Below are positions 36,194 through 44,678 of a stretch of DNA of 44,678 nucleotides, piece by piece (the first letter of the stretch is position 1; the number at the start of each line of letters is the position of its first letter). The stretch is taken from positions 1 through 44,678 of the forward strand of contig CAYYUI010000040.1 of NCBI GenBank assembly GCA_964474705.1. Direction: 5' to 3'. The notes under the pieces were generated by a model that worked only from the letters and a program-made list of their open reading frames with translations, was not told the origin of the DNA and did no database searches. This stretch comes from an uncultured bacterium (GTDB lineage: Bacteria > Muiribacteriota > Ozemobacteria > Ozemobacterales > Ozemobacteraceae). The translations under genes were made by a program, and so were the position numbers.

Positions 36194-38108
36194 GTATGTA
36201 GCGGAGGCTGATAACCTCTCTCGAAATTTTGCTGCAACCCGCGCCGTTGCTTCAGTATCGCTCAAGGTCGGTGCGGGTGAAATCTTTGGTATTGTCGGGC
36301 CTGATGGCGCCGGCAAATCGACTTTGCTGCGTATGCTTGCGACAATTCTGCAGCCTGACCAGGGAGATGCCAGAGTCTGTGGTTTCAGCGCCATCATTGA
36401 TGCAGAGGCCGTCAAGAATCGTATTGCCTACATGAGTCAGAGATTTGCCCTTTATTCCGATCTGACCGTACATGAAAACATCAGATTCTATGCTGATTTA
36501 TACAATGTTCCCGAGGCCGGCCTCGAAGAACGCATCGACGAGCTTCTCCATTTCAGCGGTATGCATCCTTTCAAAAAACGTCTTGCCGGCCGGCTTTCCG
36601 GAGGCATGAAGCAGAAACTGCAGCTGATCTGTGCTCTGATTCACACGCCTGAACTGTTGATACTCGATGAGCCGACCAATGGTGTAGACCCGGTCAGCCG
36701 CAGAGATTTCTGGCGGATGCTGCAGAATCTGGCCGGCCGCGGGGCAGCGATAATAGTTTCCACTTCTTATCTTGATGAAGCCGAAAGATGTCATCGTCTT
36801 GCATTGATGCACGAGGGCGGATTTTTTACTACCGGCCGTCTCGATGAAATTATTGCCAGGGCTGATTTTGAAGTGGCGGTCTGGAGAAGCGACCTTGCAC
36901 CACGCGTGTTTGCTGAGCTTCGCCGCCGGGTAGGCGATCATGGCGTCAGACTGTTCGGCAACAGCATCAGAATAAGAAACAGAACGGCGAGCGGCGGGAT
37001 TCGGGAGCTGGTCGATGAAATTGCACGCCTCGAAGGTTGCGCCGGGGCATGGGAGCCTGACGAAAAACCGGGCCTTGAAGATGTTTTCGTCAGGTATCTC
37101 GAAACTGCTTCTGCGGGTGAAATAGCGGGCTCAAAAAACCATTTTGCTTCAAACCAAGGCCTGCGTGAAATCTGCCCGGTGCAGATCAAAGGTTTGCGCC
37201 GGGTTTTTGGCGATTTTACCGCGGTCGATTCGATAAGTCTCGATGTGAAGCAGGGGGAAATATTTGGTTTTCTTGGGCCTAACGGTGCGGGAAAGAGCAC
37301 GACCATACGTATGCTTTGCGGTTTATTGCTGCCTACTTCCGGCGAGGGGACGGTAGCGGGTTTTGATCTGAGGCGCGATGCAGAAAGAATCAAACGGTGT
37401 ATCGGTTATATGAGTCAAAAATTTTCTCTCTATACCGAACTTACGGTTGCTGAAAATATCAGATTTTACGGCGGAATTTACGGGCTGGGTGGTGACAGGC
37501 TTGAGGCAAGGCTATTATGGGCGCTCGACATGGCCGGATTGCATGGCTTTGCCTGCCGTCAGGTCAAGGTTCTCAGCCTTGGCTTCAGGCAGAGACTGGC
37601 TCTGGCCTGCTCACTTCTTCACGAACCTTCGATAGTTTTTCTTGACGAGCCGACCAGCGGGGTCGACCCGCTCACCCGCCGGCAGTTCTGGGGCACGATC
37701 AGAGACCTTGCCCATGCCGGAGTTACGGTATTTGTAACCACCCATTACATGGAAGAAGCCGAATACTGCGACCGGATTGCTTTTATCAACAACGGTCGAA
37801 TCATGGCCTGCGGTTCTCCTGAAAAACTCAAGAAGGAAATCGTCAGACACCGGATTTATCGCAGCGATAAGAGGGTTTCAGCGGCAGAACTCGACGGTAT
37901 GAAGCAATTGCCTGGTATCGTCGACGCTTATGTTCACGGAACTGGCCTTCATTTTGCCATTGAACGGCAGGAGAGCGTTCCCGTGCTGTGCGAACTGATC
38001 GGGTGCGATTTCAGCGAGCTGCAGGAAGTAGCTGCGAGCATGGAAGACGTTTTCGTTCAGCTTGCTTCTGTAAGTGGCCATGCTGCCAGGGAGGAATACA
38101 GCGGATGA
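36171..38108 (+). CDS. ABC transporter ATP-binding protein with two tandem ATPase domains (RbbA/YhiH-like)
   Basis: Two Walker A sites (GPDGAGKST, GPNGAGKST), two LSGG-type signatures, two Walker B sites; start uncertain (overlaps HlyD 3' end). Confidence 0.8.
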   Translation, partial: PMQSSNCKYVAEADNLSRNFAATRAVASVSLKVGAGEIFGIVGPDGAGKSTLLRMLATILQPDQGDARVCGFSAIIDAEAVKNRIAYMSQRFALYSDLTVHENIRFYADLYNVPEAGLEERIDELLHFSGMHPFKKRLAGRLSGGMKQKLQLICALIHTPELLILDEPTNGVDPVSRRDFWRMLQNLAGRGAAIIVSTSYLDEAERCHRLALMHEGGFFTTGRLDEIIARADFEVAVWRSDLAPRVFAELRRRVGDHGVRLFGNSIRIRNRTASGGIRELVDEIARLEGCAGAWEPDEKPGLEDVFVRYLETASAGEIAGSKNHFASNQGLREICPVQIKGLRRVFGDFTAVDSISLDVKQGEIFGFLGPNGAGKSTTIRMLCGLLLPTSGEGTVAGFDLRRDAERIKRCIGYMSQKFSLYTELTVAENIRFYGGIYGLGGDRLEARLLWALDMAGLHGFACRQVKVLSLGFRQRLALACSLLHEPSIVFLDEPTSGVDPLTRRQFWGTIRDLAHAGVTVFVTTHYMEEAEYCDRIAFINNGRIMACGSPEKLKKEIVRHRIYRSDKRVSAAELDGMKQLPGIVDAYVHGTGLHFAIERQESVPVLCELIGCDFSELQEVAASMEDVFVQLASVSGHAAREEYSG

Positions 38109-39244
38109 AATGGCGTCGTTTCAGAGCCGTTGCCTTGAAGGAATGCCTGCATGTCCTGCGTGACTGGCGCAGTCTGGCTATTTCGCTCGCTATCCCGCTG
38201 CTGCTGCTTCTGCTGTTCGGTTATGCCCTCAACATGGATCTCAATGATGTGCCGGTAATCCTGCACGATCAGGCCAGAAACGTACAAAGCCGTGATCTGG
38301 CAGAACTTTTCAGTGCTTCACCATATTTCAATATCGTTGCCAGAACCGATGAATACCGGGAAATCGAACGGGCGCTCGGCTCCGGCAAGGCTCTGGTGGC
38401 CCTGGTTATTCCGCCGGAATTTGGGCGTGAGACTATCGGTGGCGGGGAAGCTGTTGTTCAGGTGCTGGCTGATGGCAGCGATGCCAATACCGCCAGTTTC
38501 GCGCTAAACTATGCCCGGGCAATCGGTATGATTGCCGGCGTTTCGCTGCAGACAAGGTTGGCCGATCTTCAGGCCCCGGCAGGGATGGTTAAAATCGATC
38601 TGCACAGCCGGGTCTGGTTCAACCAGGACATGCGCAGCCGCAATGTTATTGTTCCCGGGGTCATCGCTATCGTTATGGTCATCATCGCTTCGATGCTGAC
38701 ATCCGTAACCGTAGCCCGGGAATGGGAGACAGGAACAATGGAACAGCTGATCAGCACGCCGGTCACTGTTCCAGAGATGATTTTGGGCAAAGTGGTTCCA
38801 TATTTTGCGGTCGGATTTATCGATCTGCTGATCGCTTTTGTCGTCGGCAGGTGGTGGTTCGGGGTGCCGTTCCGAGGAAATTCAGCCCTGTTGTTTATTT
38901 TGAGCGGTCTTTTTCTTTCAGGATCACTTTTTTTCGGTCTTTTTCTCAGCATCAGACTCAAAAGGCAGGTGCTTGCCAATCAGGCGGCTCTGATGTCGGG
39001 CTATTTGCCGACTCTGTTTCTCAGCGGCTTTGTTTTTGCGGTTCCGAACATGCCATGGTTTCTGCAGAAGATCAGTTATGTCGTTCCGGCGAAGTATTTC
39101 ATCAGCATTCTTCGAGGTCTGTATCTCAAAGGAGTCGGCCTCGAAGTTCTCTGGTTCAATGCATTGATTCTGGTAATCTATGCCGGTCTCGTTCTGTTTC
39201 TGGCTCATCGCAATCTTGAGCTGAGGCTTGACACCGATGCTTAA
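38105..39244 (+). CDS. ABC-2 type transporter permease
   Basis: ATGA overlap with the ATPase gene; six predicted TM helices typical of ABC-2. Confidence 0.8.
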   Translation: MKWRRFRAVALKECLHVLRDWRSLAISLAIPLLLLLLFGYALNMDLNDVPVILHDQARNVQSRDLAELFSASPYFNIVARTDEYREIERALGSGKALVALVIPPEFGRETIGGGEAVVQVLADGSDANTASFALNYARAIGMIAGVSLQTRLADLQAPAGMVKIDLHSRVWFNQDMRSRNVIVPGVIAIVMVIIASMLTSVTVAREWETGTMEQLISTPVTVPEMILGKVVPYFAVGFIDLLIAFVVGRWWFGVPFRGNSALLFILSGLFLSGSLFFGLFLSIRLKRQVLANQAALMSGYLPTLFLSGFVFAVPNMPWFLQKISYVVPAKYFISILRGLYLKGVGLEVLWFNALILVIYAGLVLFLAHRNLELRLDTDA

Positions 39245-40328
39245 TCGCTTCAAACAGCTCTTCGTTAAAGAATTTCTCGAATTGTTTCGCGATCCGCGCA
39301 TGCGGGTTCTAACCTTCATTTTTCCGGCGATTCAGATTGTAATCATGGCGCAGGCTTTTGTACTCGAGGTTAGAAACGTCGAACTCGCCGTGGTCGATCA
39401 TGACAGTTCGGTGCTGTCGCGCGAATTGGTTGCTGCTTTCACTGCCAGCGGCCATTTTATCAGCCGCCCTCAGGAAAACATCGCGATTGCCGGCAAAATG
39501 CTTGCGGCTGAAGAAGTCAGGGCCGTCATCGAGATTCCGGCCGGCTTTGGCGGTAATGTGCGTCGCCCCGGCGGCGGCAGTGTCGCCCTGTTTACCGATG
39601 GTACCGGCAGCAATGATGCCGGGCTGATTCAGAGTTACGCTGCGACGATTGTTTCTGAATTTCAGCAGCGTTATAACGGTCGCAGAACTGATATTCCCGT
39701 AACCAGAGCCTGGTTCAACGACAATCTCGAGAGCCGTTTTTACTATGTTCCCGGTCTCATCGGCATTCAGCTCGTAGTGATCAGCTTTCTGCTCGCTTCG
39801 ATCGCGATCGTTAAAGAAAAAGAGATCGGCACTATCGAGCAGTTGATGGTTACACCCATCACCGTCGTCGAATTCATTCTGGGAAAAACCCTGCCTTACA
39901 TGGCGATTGGCTATATTGGTGCCACCATCATGCTGGTTGCCGCATTCGGTTTCTATGGCATAGCGGTGAAGGGCAGCTGGCTGCTTCTCTATCTCAGCAT
40001 CGGCATTTTTCTCGCGGGAAATCTCGGCTGCGCCCTTATTATCAGCGTTGTTTCAACCACTCAGCAGCAGGCGCTGCTGACGTCGTTTTTTTTCATGCTG
40101 CCGCTGGTGATGCTTTCCGGGCTGCTTTTCCCCATTAGAAATATGCCGGTCCCGGTGCAGTATCTGACGATGATCAACCCGCTGCGCTGGTTTTTTCAGA
40201 TGCTCAGCGGCATTATCTGCAAGGGAAGCGGCATTGGCGAGCTGATGACCCCTATCGTTGCCCAGATCATTATAGCCGTCATCTTTATTTCTCTGGCGAT
40301 AGCAAGGTTTAAAAAGGCTGTTGACTGA
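39237..40328 (+). CDS. ABC-2 type transporter permease (paralog)
   Basis: Start overlaps the upstream stop; ABC-2 TM architecture. Confidence 0.8.
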   Translation: MLNRFKQLFVKEFLELFRDPRMRVLTFIFPAIQIVIMAQAFVLEVRNVELAVVDHDSSVLSRELVAAFTASGHFISRPQENIAIAGKMLAAEEVRAVIEIPAGFGGNVRRPGGGSVALFTDGTGSNDAGLIQSYAATIVSEFQQRYNGRRTDIPVTRAWFNDNLESRFYYVPGLIGIQLVVISFLLASIAIVKEKEIGTIEQLMVTPITVVEFILGKTLPYMAIGYIGATIMLVAAFGFYGIAVKGSWLLLYLSIGIFLAGNLGCALIISVVSTTQQQALLTSFFFMLPLVMLSGLLFPIRNMPVPVQYLTMINPLRWFFQMLSGIICKGSGIGELMTPIVAQIIIAVIFISLAIARFKKAVD

Positions 40329-40418
40329 AGACCTGGCATAAATGCGACCGGATTTTCCGATCGTGATATAATGCTGCAGAGAAATTGCATCGAGATCTGT
40401 GACGAGTTGAGACAAACC

Positions 40419-41273
40419 ATGACTGAAAGCCGGCCCGCGGCCGACCAGAAAAAACTTGAGACTCTTGGAGGGCTCATTTCGGGAATAACCCATGAGATCA
40501 ACACTCCAATGCATTATCTTGAAAACAATCTGACTTTTCTCAAAGTCGCCTTCAAAGATCTGATCAGGCTTTCAGCCGAATACCAGAAGCTCTGTGAAAG
40601 AGTCAGAAGCGGCGATGTGCCTGATGAGACCGACTGGAAAGCCCTTCAGGAAATTGAAACGGAGACCGACCCTGAATATCTGCGCACCGAGATTCAGCAG
40701 GCATTGCAGCAGTCACATGAAGGCATCGGTATGGTGTCGCGCCTGGTTCTCGCTCTTAAAGACTTTTCGCATCCATCACTGCATGAATTTGCCCTGACTG
40801 ATGTCAACAAATGTATCGATACGGTCTGCACCATTTCCAGGCATGAATGGAAGAAGGTTGCCGATATTCATTTTCAGCTTGGCAGCGATCTGCCATACCT
40901 TTATGCTTCACGCGATGAACTGCACCAGGTGTTGCTGAACCTGATCGTGAATTCAGCCCATGCAATAGGGGAAAAGATTGCGGCGAAGGTGTATGATCGA
41001 GGCAAAATCAGCATTGCAACGCGACCGGTCGATGACAGAATCGAAATCGTGATTGCCGACGACGGCCCCGGAATTGCACCGGAGAACATGCCGAAACTTT
41101 TTGCGCCTCATTTTACCACCAAAGAGGCCGGAAAAGGCACAGGTCTTGGTTTGCTCCTCGTCAGACGCATCGTTGAAGAAGCCCATGGCGGCAGGATAAG
41201 TGTTGAATCCGGCCCTTCTGGCACTGCGTTCACGATACTGCTGCCGCATCGTTGCAGCGAAAAAGCGGTTTGA
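40419..41273 (+). CDS. soluble histidine kinase (HisKA plus HATPase_c, no sensor or TM domain)
   Basis: H-box GITHEINTPM; N, G1 and G2 (GTGLGL) boxes. Confidence 0.8.
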   Translation: MTESRPAADQKKLETLGGLISGITHEINTPMHYLENNLTFLKVAFKDLIRLSAEYQKLCERVRSGDVPDETDWKALQEIETETDPEYLRTEIQQALQQSHEGIGMVSRLVLALKDFSHPSLHEFALTDVNKCIDTVCTISRHEWKKVADIHFQLGSDLPYLYASRDELHQVLLNLIVNSAHAIGEKIAAKVYDRGKISIATRPVDDRIEIVIADDGPGIAPENMPKLFAPHFTTKEAGKGTGLGLLLVRRIVEEAHGGRISVESGPSGTAFTILLPHRCSEKAV

Positions 41274-41292
41274 TAAAATCTGGAGGGGATTC

Positions 41293-42525
41293 ATGAAAAC
41301 ATTCAGTCTGTTGTTTGCCGACCCTGACAAAAATGTTCATGACGGGCATCGTCGAATGATCAAGGCTTTGAAGCCTGAATGGTCATTGATGTTTGCTTCA
41401 ACTGCCCGGGAAGCCATGTCCAAAGTTGCCATACTGCATCCGGCAGTCATCATCTCAGAATTGAACATGGAACTGGAAGACGGTTCTGATCTTCTTCAGA
41501 CTATCCAGAAGGCCTACCCCGAAATCGTGCGTATCGTTCTTTCGAGTGAACCAGATGGAGAGTCTGAAGTCATTCTGCGGGCCACACAGTCTGCACACAG
41601 GTTTCTCGCCAAACCATGTAAAGGTGAGATACTTGTTGAGCAGATCGAGAAAGCCGGAAGCCTGAGAAGGCTTCTCAACAGCAGGGAACTTATTACTATA
41701 ATCGGCGGGATTCCATATCTGCCGAGTTTGCCGGCGATCTATCACAAGCTGGTAGAAGCTATTGCCTCACCATTGACGCCATTGAGTGAAATCGGCGACA
41801 TAATCGCCGAGGACGTTTCAATGACCGGCAGAGTGCTGCATCTCGTGAATTCGGCATTTTTCGGGTTGCCGCGCAAAGTATCGAACCCCCAGACCGCTGT
41901 GGTGATGCTGGGTATAAATGTCATCAAATCGCTGGTCTGCTATGTTAAACTGTTTTTTGCCGCTCCTGACGTGGTGATGCCAGGGTTGTCGCTCGATGAG
42001 ATGTGGTCGCACAGCTCGATGGTCGCACGTCTCAGCAAGGATATAGCCGCAGCGTGCAATGCCCCGGCATCGGTTCAGGAAGAAGCGTTTCTGGCAGGCA
42101 TGCTGCATGATGTCGGCAAACTCCTGCTGCTCGACCATCCGAGCTATTACCGCAAAGTGTTTGCTTCCAGTTCAGGTAAAGGCGAAAAGGCTTTCTCAGA
42201 CGCTGAATATAATGCTTTTGGAACCTCGCATGCCGAAATTGGTGCTTATCTCCTGGGTTTATGGGGTCTATCGGATCAGGTCGTCGAAGCGGTAGCCTGC
42301 CATCACCGGCCGGCGCAGCTGCATCTGGAGAATTCGCCGGTGTTGCTGGCCACGCATCTTGCCAACGCTCTGTTGTGTCAGGCAGCAGGTCAGCCGTTTA
42401 CGATCGACAGTGGCGTGATGAACGATGCGGCGGTAAAAAGAAGTCTGCATGACTGGAAAAAGCGTGCTGAAACAATTTTCAGGGAAAGTAGCGATGAAGC
42501 CAAAAATACTGCTGGTAGACGATGA
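41293..42525 (+). CDS. pseudo-receiver (REC-like) plus HDOD domain signalling protein
   Basis: REC-like fold with Glu at the phospho-acceptor position (IISELNM) and altered acidic pocket; the HDOD/HD-like region contains an HD dyad (LHDVGK), checked by eye only; GGAGGGG RBS. Confidence 0.75.
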   Translation: MKTFSLLFADPDKNVHDGHRRMIKALKPEWSLMFASTAREAMSKVAILHPAVIISELNMELEDGSDLLQTIQKAYPEIVRIVLSSEPDGESEVILRATQSAHRFLAKPCKGEILVEQIEKAGSLRRLLNSRELITIIGGIPYLPSLPAIYHKLVEAIASPLTPLSEIGDIIAEDVSMTGRVLHLVNSAFFGLPRKVSNPQTAVVMLGINVIKSLVCYVKLFFAAPDVVMPGLSLDEMWSHSSMVARLSKDIAAACNAPASVQEEAFLAGMLHDVGKLLLLDHPSYYRKVFASSSGKGEKAFSDAEYNAFGTSHAEIGAYLLGLWGLSDQVVEAVACHHRPAQLHLENSPVLLATHLANALLCQAAGQPFTIDSGVMNDAAVKRSLHDWKKRAETIFRESSDEAKNTAGRR

Positions 42526-43639
42526 ACCGAATATAATACATTCTTACAGTCGCGGACTGCGCAAAGAATGGGATCTTGTAACTGCTCTCAGCGGTGAAGA
42601 AGGCCTGACTGCCATAAGGGAACAGGGACCGTTTCCGGTTATCGTTTCCGATTTCAACATGCCATGTATGAACGGCATAACTTTTCTTGCCAGAACCATT
42701 GAATCGTCGCCGGAAAGCGTTCGGGTGATGCTGACCGGCGAGGGAGATTTCCAGATTGCCACCCAGGCGGTCAACGAAGGCAATATTTTTCGTTTTATCA
42801 CCAAACCCTGCCCGCTCGACCGACTGCAGAAAATTCTCAGCGATTCATTGCGACAATATAATCTGCAGCAGCTTGAAAAGGAGAGCCATAGACAGGAACT
42901 TGCCATCGCCGGCAAGATTCAGCAGACGCTCCTGATCGAGAGGATTCCAGCCGGATTGAAATTGAATGTCGCGGCGGTTACAGTGCCTTCAAATGAAGCT
43001 GATGGTGATTTTATAGATTTTTTCAGATTTGACGAGAATCGCCTCGATGTTGTCATTGCTGATGTCATGGGAAAGGGTCTGCATGCCGCCATGGTTGGTG
43101 CCGGTGCCAAGAACCGATTGTCCAGGGTTCTCTGGCAGCTTTCGATGCAGAAGGAGCCCAGGGCTCTCGAACCGGTTTCGGTGATGGAAGAATTCAAACT
43201 CGCTATGGATAAAGGGCTTGAAGAGGTTCAGTGTTTCATTACCATGATTTACGCCAGATTTGATCTTCAGGCCGGCGTCATGACTTTTATCGATGCCGGG
43301 CATATGCCGGTGCTGCATTATACAAAAGGCGAAAATGTCTGGCGTGAAGTAAAAGGTTCGGGCGGTCCGGTCGGGCTTGCTTTCAAAAAACCTTATGAGC
43401 AGAAGGATATTCATTTTTCGAGTGGCGATCTCTTTTTGTTCTATTCTGACGGTCTTTGGGAGGGTCGTAATTCTGAAAAGCAGACCTTTGGAAGTGTGGC
43501 AATGAAAAAATGTGCTGAAAAGCTGGTGAATGCCACGGCTGAAGATTTTGTCGCCGGTATGCTGGCTGATTATCGCAGTTTTGTCGTGCCGGGGCCATTT
43601 TTTGACGATCTGACCCTTATTGTGGTCAGAATTCCGTGA
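42494..43639 (+). CDS. response regulator with PP2C/SpoIIE-type Ser/Thr phosphatase output (RsbU-like)
   Basis: Canonical REC (LLVDDEP, VSDFNMP, TKP); C-terminal PP2C motifs (DVMGKGLHAA, FYSDGL). Confidence 0.85.
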   Translation: MKPKILLVDDEPNIIHSYSRGLRKEWDLVTALSGEEGLTAIREQGPFPVIVSDFNMPCMNGITFLARTIESSPESVRVMLTGEGDFQIATQAVNEGNIFRFITKPCPLDRLQKILSDSLRQYNLQQLEKESHRQELAIAGKIQQTLLIERIPAGLKLNVAAVTVPSNEADGDFIDFFRFDENRLDVVIADVMGKGLHAAMVGAGAKNRLSRVLWQLSMQKEPRALEPVSVMEEFKLAMDKGLEEVQCFITMIYARFDLQAGVMTFIDAGHMPVLHYTKGENVWREVKGSGGPVGLAFKKPYEQKDIHFSSGDLFLFYSDGLWEGRNSEKQTFGSVAMKKCAEKLVNATAEDFVAGMLADYRSFVVPGPFFDDLTLIVVRIP

Positions 43640-43783
43640 CGCACTTCGGCTGATATGCCGGGCCGTCGAACAAACTCTATTTTGTTTTTGCAGGATCCAA
43701 TAATGCCGATTTGATTTCTTGCTCTTCCTGTATTGGGCAATTTGGTGTATAAATGACTATTAATCCATTGTCGGGAGTGAACC

Positions 43784-44678
43784 ATGAATCTCGTCTATCT
43801 TTCTCCACATTATCCTGCTCATTATTCACAGTTTGTCGAATCGCTGGCCCGTTACGGGGTCAAGGTTTTCGGCATCTCGGATCTTCCTGATGAAGCCCTG
43901 GATCCGAGAGTCAGACAGTCTCTCAGCGGTCACTACCGGGTGGATCGCCTCGAAGATCATCAGCAGGTAATCGAAGCGGCAGGTTTTTTCAAAGAGCATC
44001 TCGGCGAGATCGACCGCGTTGAATCGCATCTTGAGCCATGGATCGAACTTGAAGCCATGGTCAGAGACACCTATAACGTCACTGGTCCGAAGTCTGAAAG
44101 TCTGCAGTTCATCAAACGCAAATCGTTGATGAAGGATGTTTTCAGCCGCGCCGGAGTACCAGCGGCCCGGGGCATAGTGGTCAAAGATATGAAGCAGTGT
44201 CTTGATTTCATTCATGGTCATTACCCGGTGTTCATCAAGCCTGATATCGGTGTCGGTGCTGCCGATACCTATACTATCCGCAGTGAAGACGATCTCAAGC
44301 ATTTTTTCACGATCAAACAGGGCTATGACTATTTCATGGAAGAGTTTGTCGATGGTGATCTGCAGTCTTTTGACGGCCTTACCGACAAAGATAACAATAT
44401 AGTTTTCTGCACTTCGCATGTTTTCAGTAACGATATTCACAAGGTCGTCAAGAATAACGAAAACGTCTGGTATTATTCACAGATCGAGATTCCAGCAGAA
44501 ATCGAAAAATACGGCCGTGCCATCGTCAAAGCCGCCGACGTTCGCGAAAAGTTTTTCCACATTGAATTTTTCAAGCTGAAGAACGGCAAATACCAGGCGC
44601 TTGAGATCAACATGCGCCCACCGGGAGGCCTGACCACCCACATGTTCAATTTCGCCTGCGATATCGATGTTTATGACT
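43784..44678 (+). CDS. ATP-grasp domain enzyme (carboxylate-amine ligase type), 3'-truncated by window end
   Basis: Open frame to the window end with ATP-grasp motifs (FIKPDIGVGAADTY, EEFVDGD, LEINMRPPGG); the provided minus-strand ORF 43826-44440 is its shadow. Confidence 0.6.
   Translation, partial: MNLVYLSPHYPAHYSQFVESLARYGVKVFGISDLPDEALDPRVRQSLSGHYRVDRLEDHQQVIEAAGFFKEHLGEIDRVESHLEPWIELEAMVRDTYNVTGPKSESLQFIKRKSLMKDVFSRAGVPAARGIVVKDMKQCLDFIHGHYPVFIKPDIGVGAADTYTIRSEDDLKHFFTIKQGYDYFMEEFVDGDLQSFDGLTDKDNNIVFCTSHVFSNDIHKVVKNNENVWYYSQIEIPAEIEKYGRAIVKAADVREKFFHIEFFKLKNGKYQALEINMRPPGGLTTHMFNFACDIDVYD

Noticed and set aside
43826-44440. 204-aa minus-strand ORF from the ORF track
   Set aside because: The plus-strand frame from 43784 to the window end encodes clear ATP-grasp motifs; the minus ORF is its shadow.
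1-44678. Searched for CRISPR arrays, tRNA/rRNA genes and IS/transposase genes
   Set aside because: No spacer-repeat array, no cloverleaf-compatible tRNA candidates, no rRNA-like stretches and no transposase or integrase ORFs were seen. The only long repeat is the 310 bp inverted pair described in the findings.

Overview
This 44.7 kb window is bacterial chromosome, roughly 50% GC, with SD-type ribosome-binding sites. It mixes housekeeping genes with several accessory modules.

Genes and modules, 5' to 3':
- A small membrane protein and a secreted hypothetical protein.
- A flavodoxin-ferredoxin fusion.
- A heterodimeric ABC exporter pair preceded by a promoter, a 17-codon upstream ORF and an intrinsic terminator, which looks like a BmrB/BmrCD-style attenuator.
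- An S9 peptidase and a GapN-like aldehyde dehydrogenase.
- A eukaryote-like ankyrin-repeat protein with a canonical C3HC4 RING finger.
- A defence and toxin-antitoxin (TA) islet: an MmeI-family Type IIL restriction-modification enzyme, an intact HicAB pair, a HigBA pair whose toxin is frameshifted in a C-run with a palindromic operator, and a RelB-like antitoxin followed by a truncated toxin stub.
- corA and slyX, diverging from a clear bacterial major vault protein (MVP) homolog.
- An XRE-family regulator.
- A minus-strand murein-peptide recycling operon: a DUF819 membrane protein, a YkfC-like SH3b-NlpC/P60 endopeptidase and a YkfB-like L-Ala-D/L-Glu epimerase. Next to it are a secreted protein and an SH3b lytic transglycosylase.
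- An orphan PhnD-like binding protein.
- A Kef/CPA2 antiporter with an RCK domain, a cNMP-binding protein and secreted hypotheticals.
- A HlyD, double-ATPase and two ABC-2 permease transporter.
- A signalling operon: a sensorless histidine kinase, a pseudo-receiver-HDOD protein, a REC-PP2C phosphatase and a partial ATP-grasp enzyme.

The most unusual signal is a roughly 310 bp element present in two copies at about 85% identity and in inverted orientation (2281-2590 on the plus strand, 25667-25980 on the minus strand). Each copy sits immediately upstream of a sigma70-like promoter, one for the ABC exporter and one for the DUF819 operon. The copies contain conserved hairpins with at least one compensatory base-pair change and a short conserved ORF. 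This is a candidate structured RNA or shared regulatory module that I cannot assign to a known family.

No rRNA, tRNA or CRISPR was seen.
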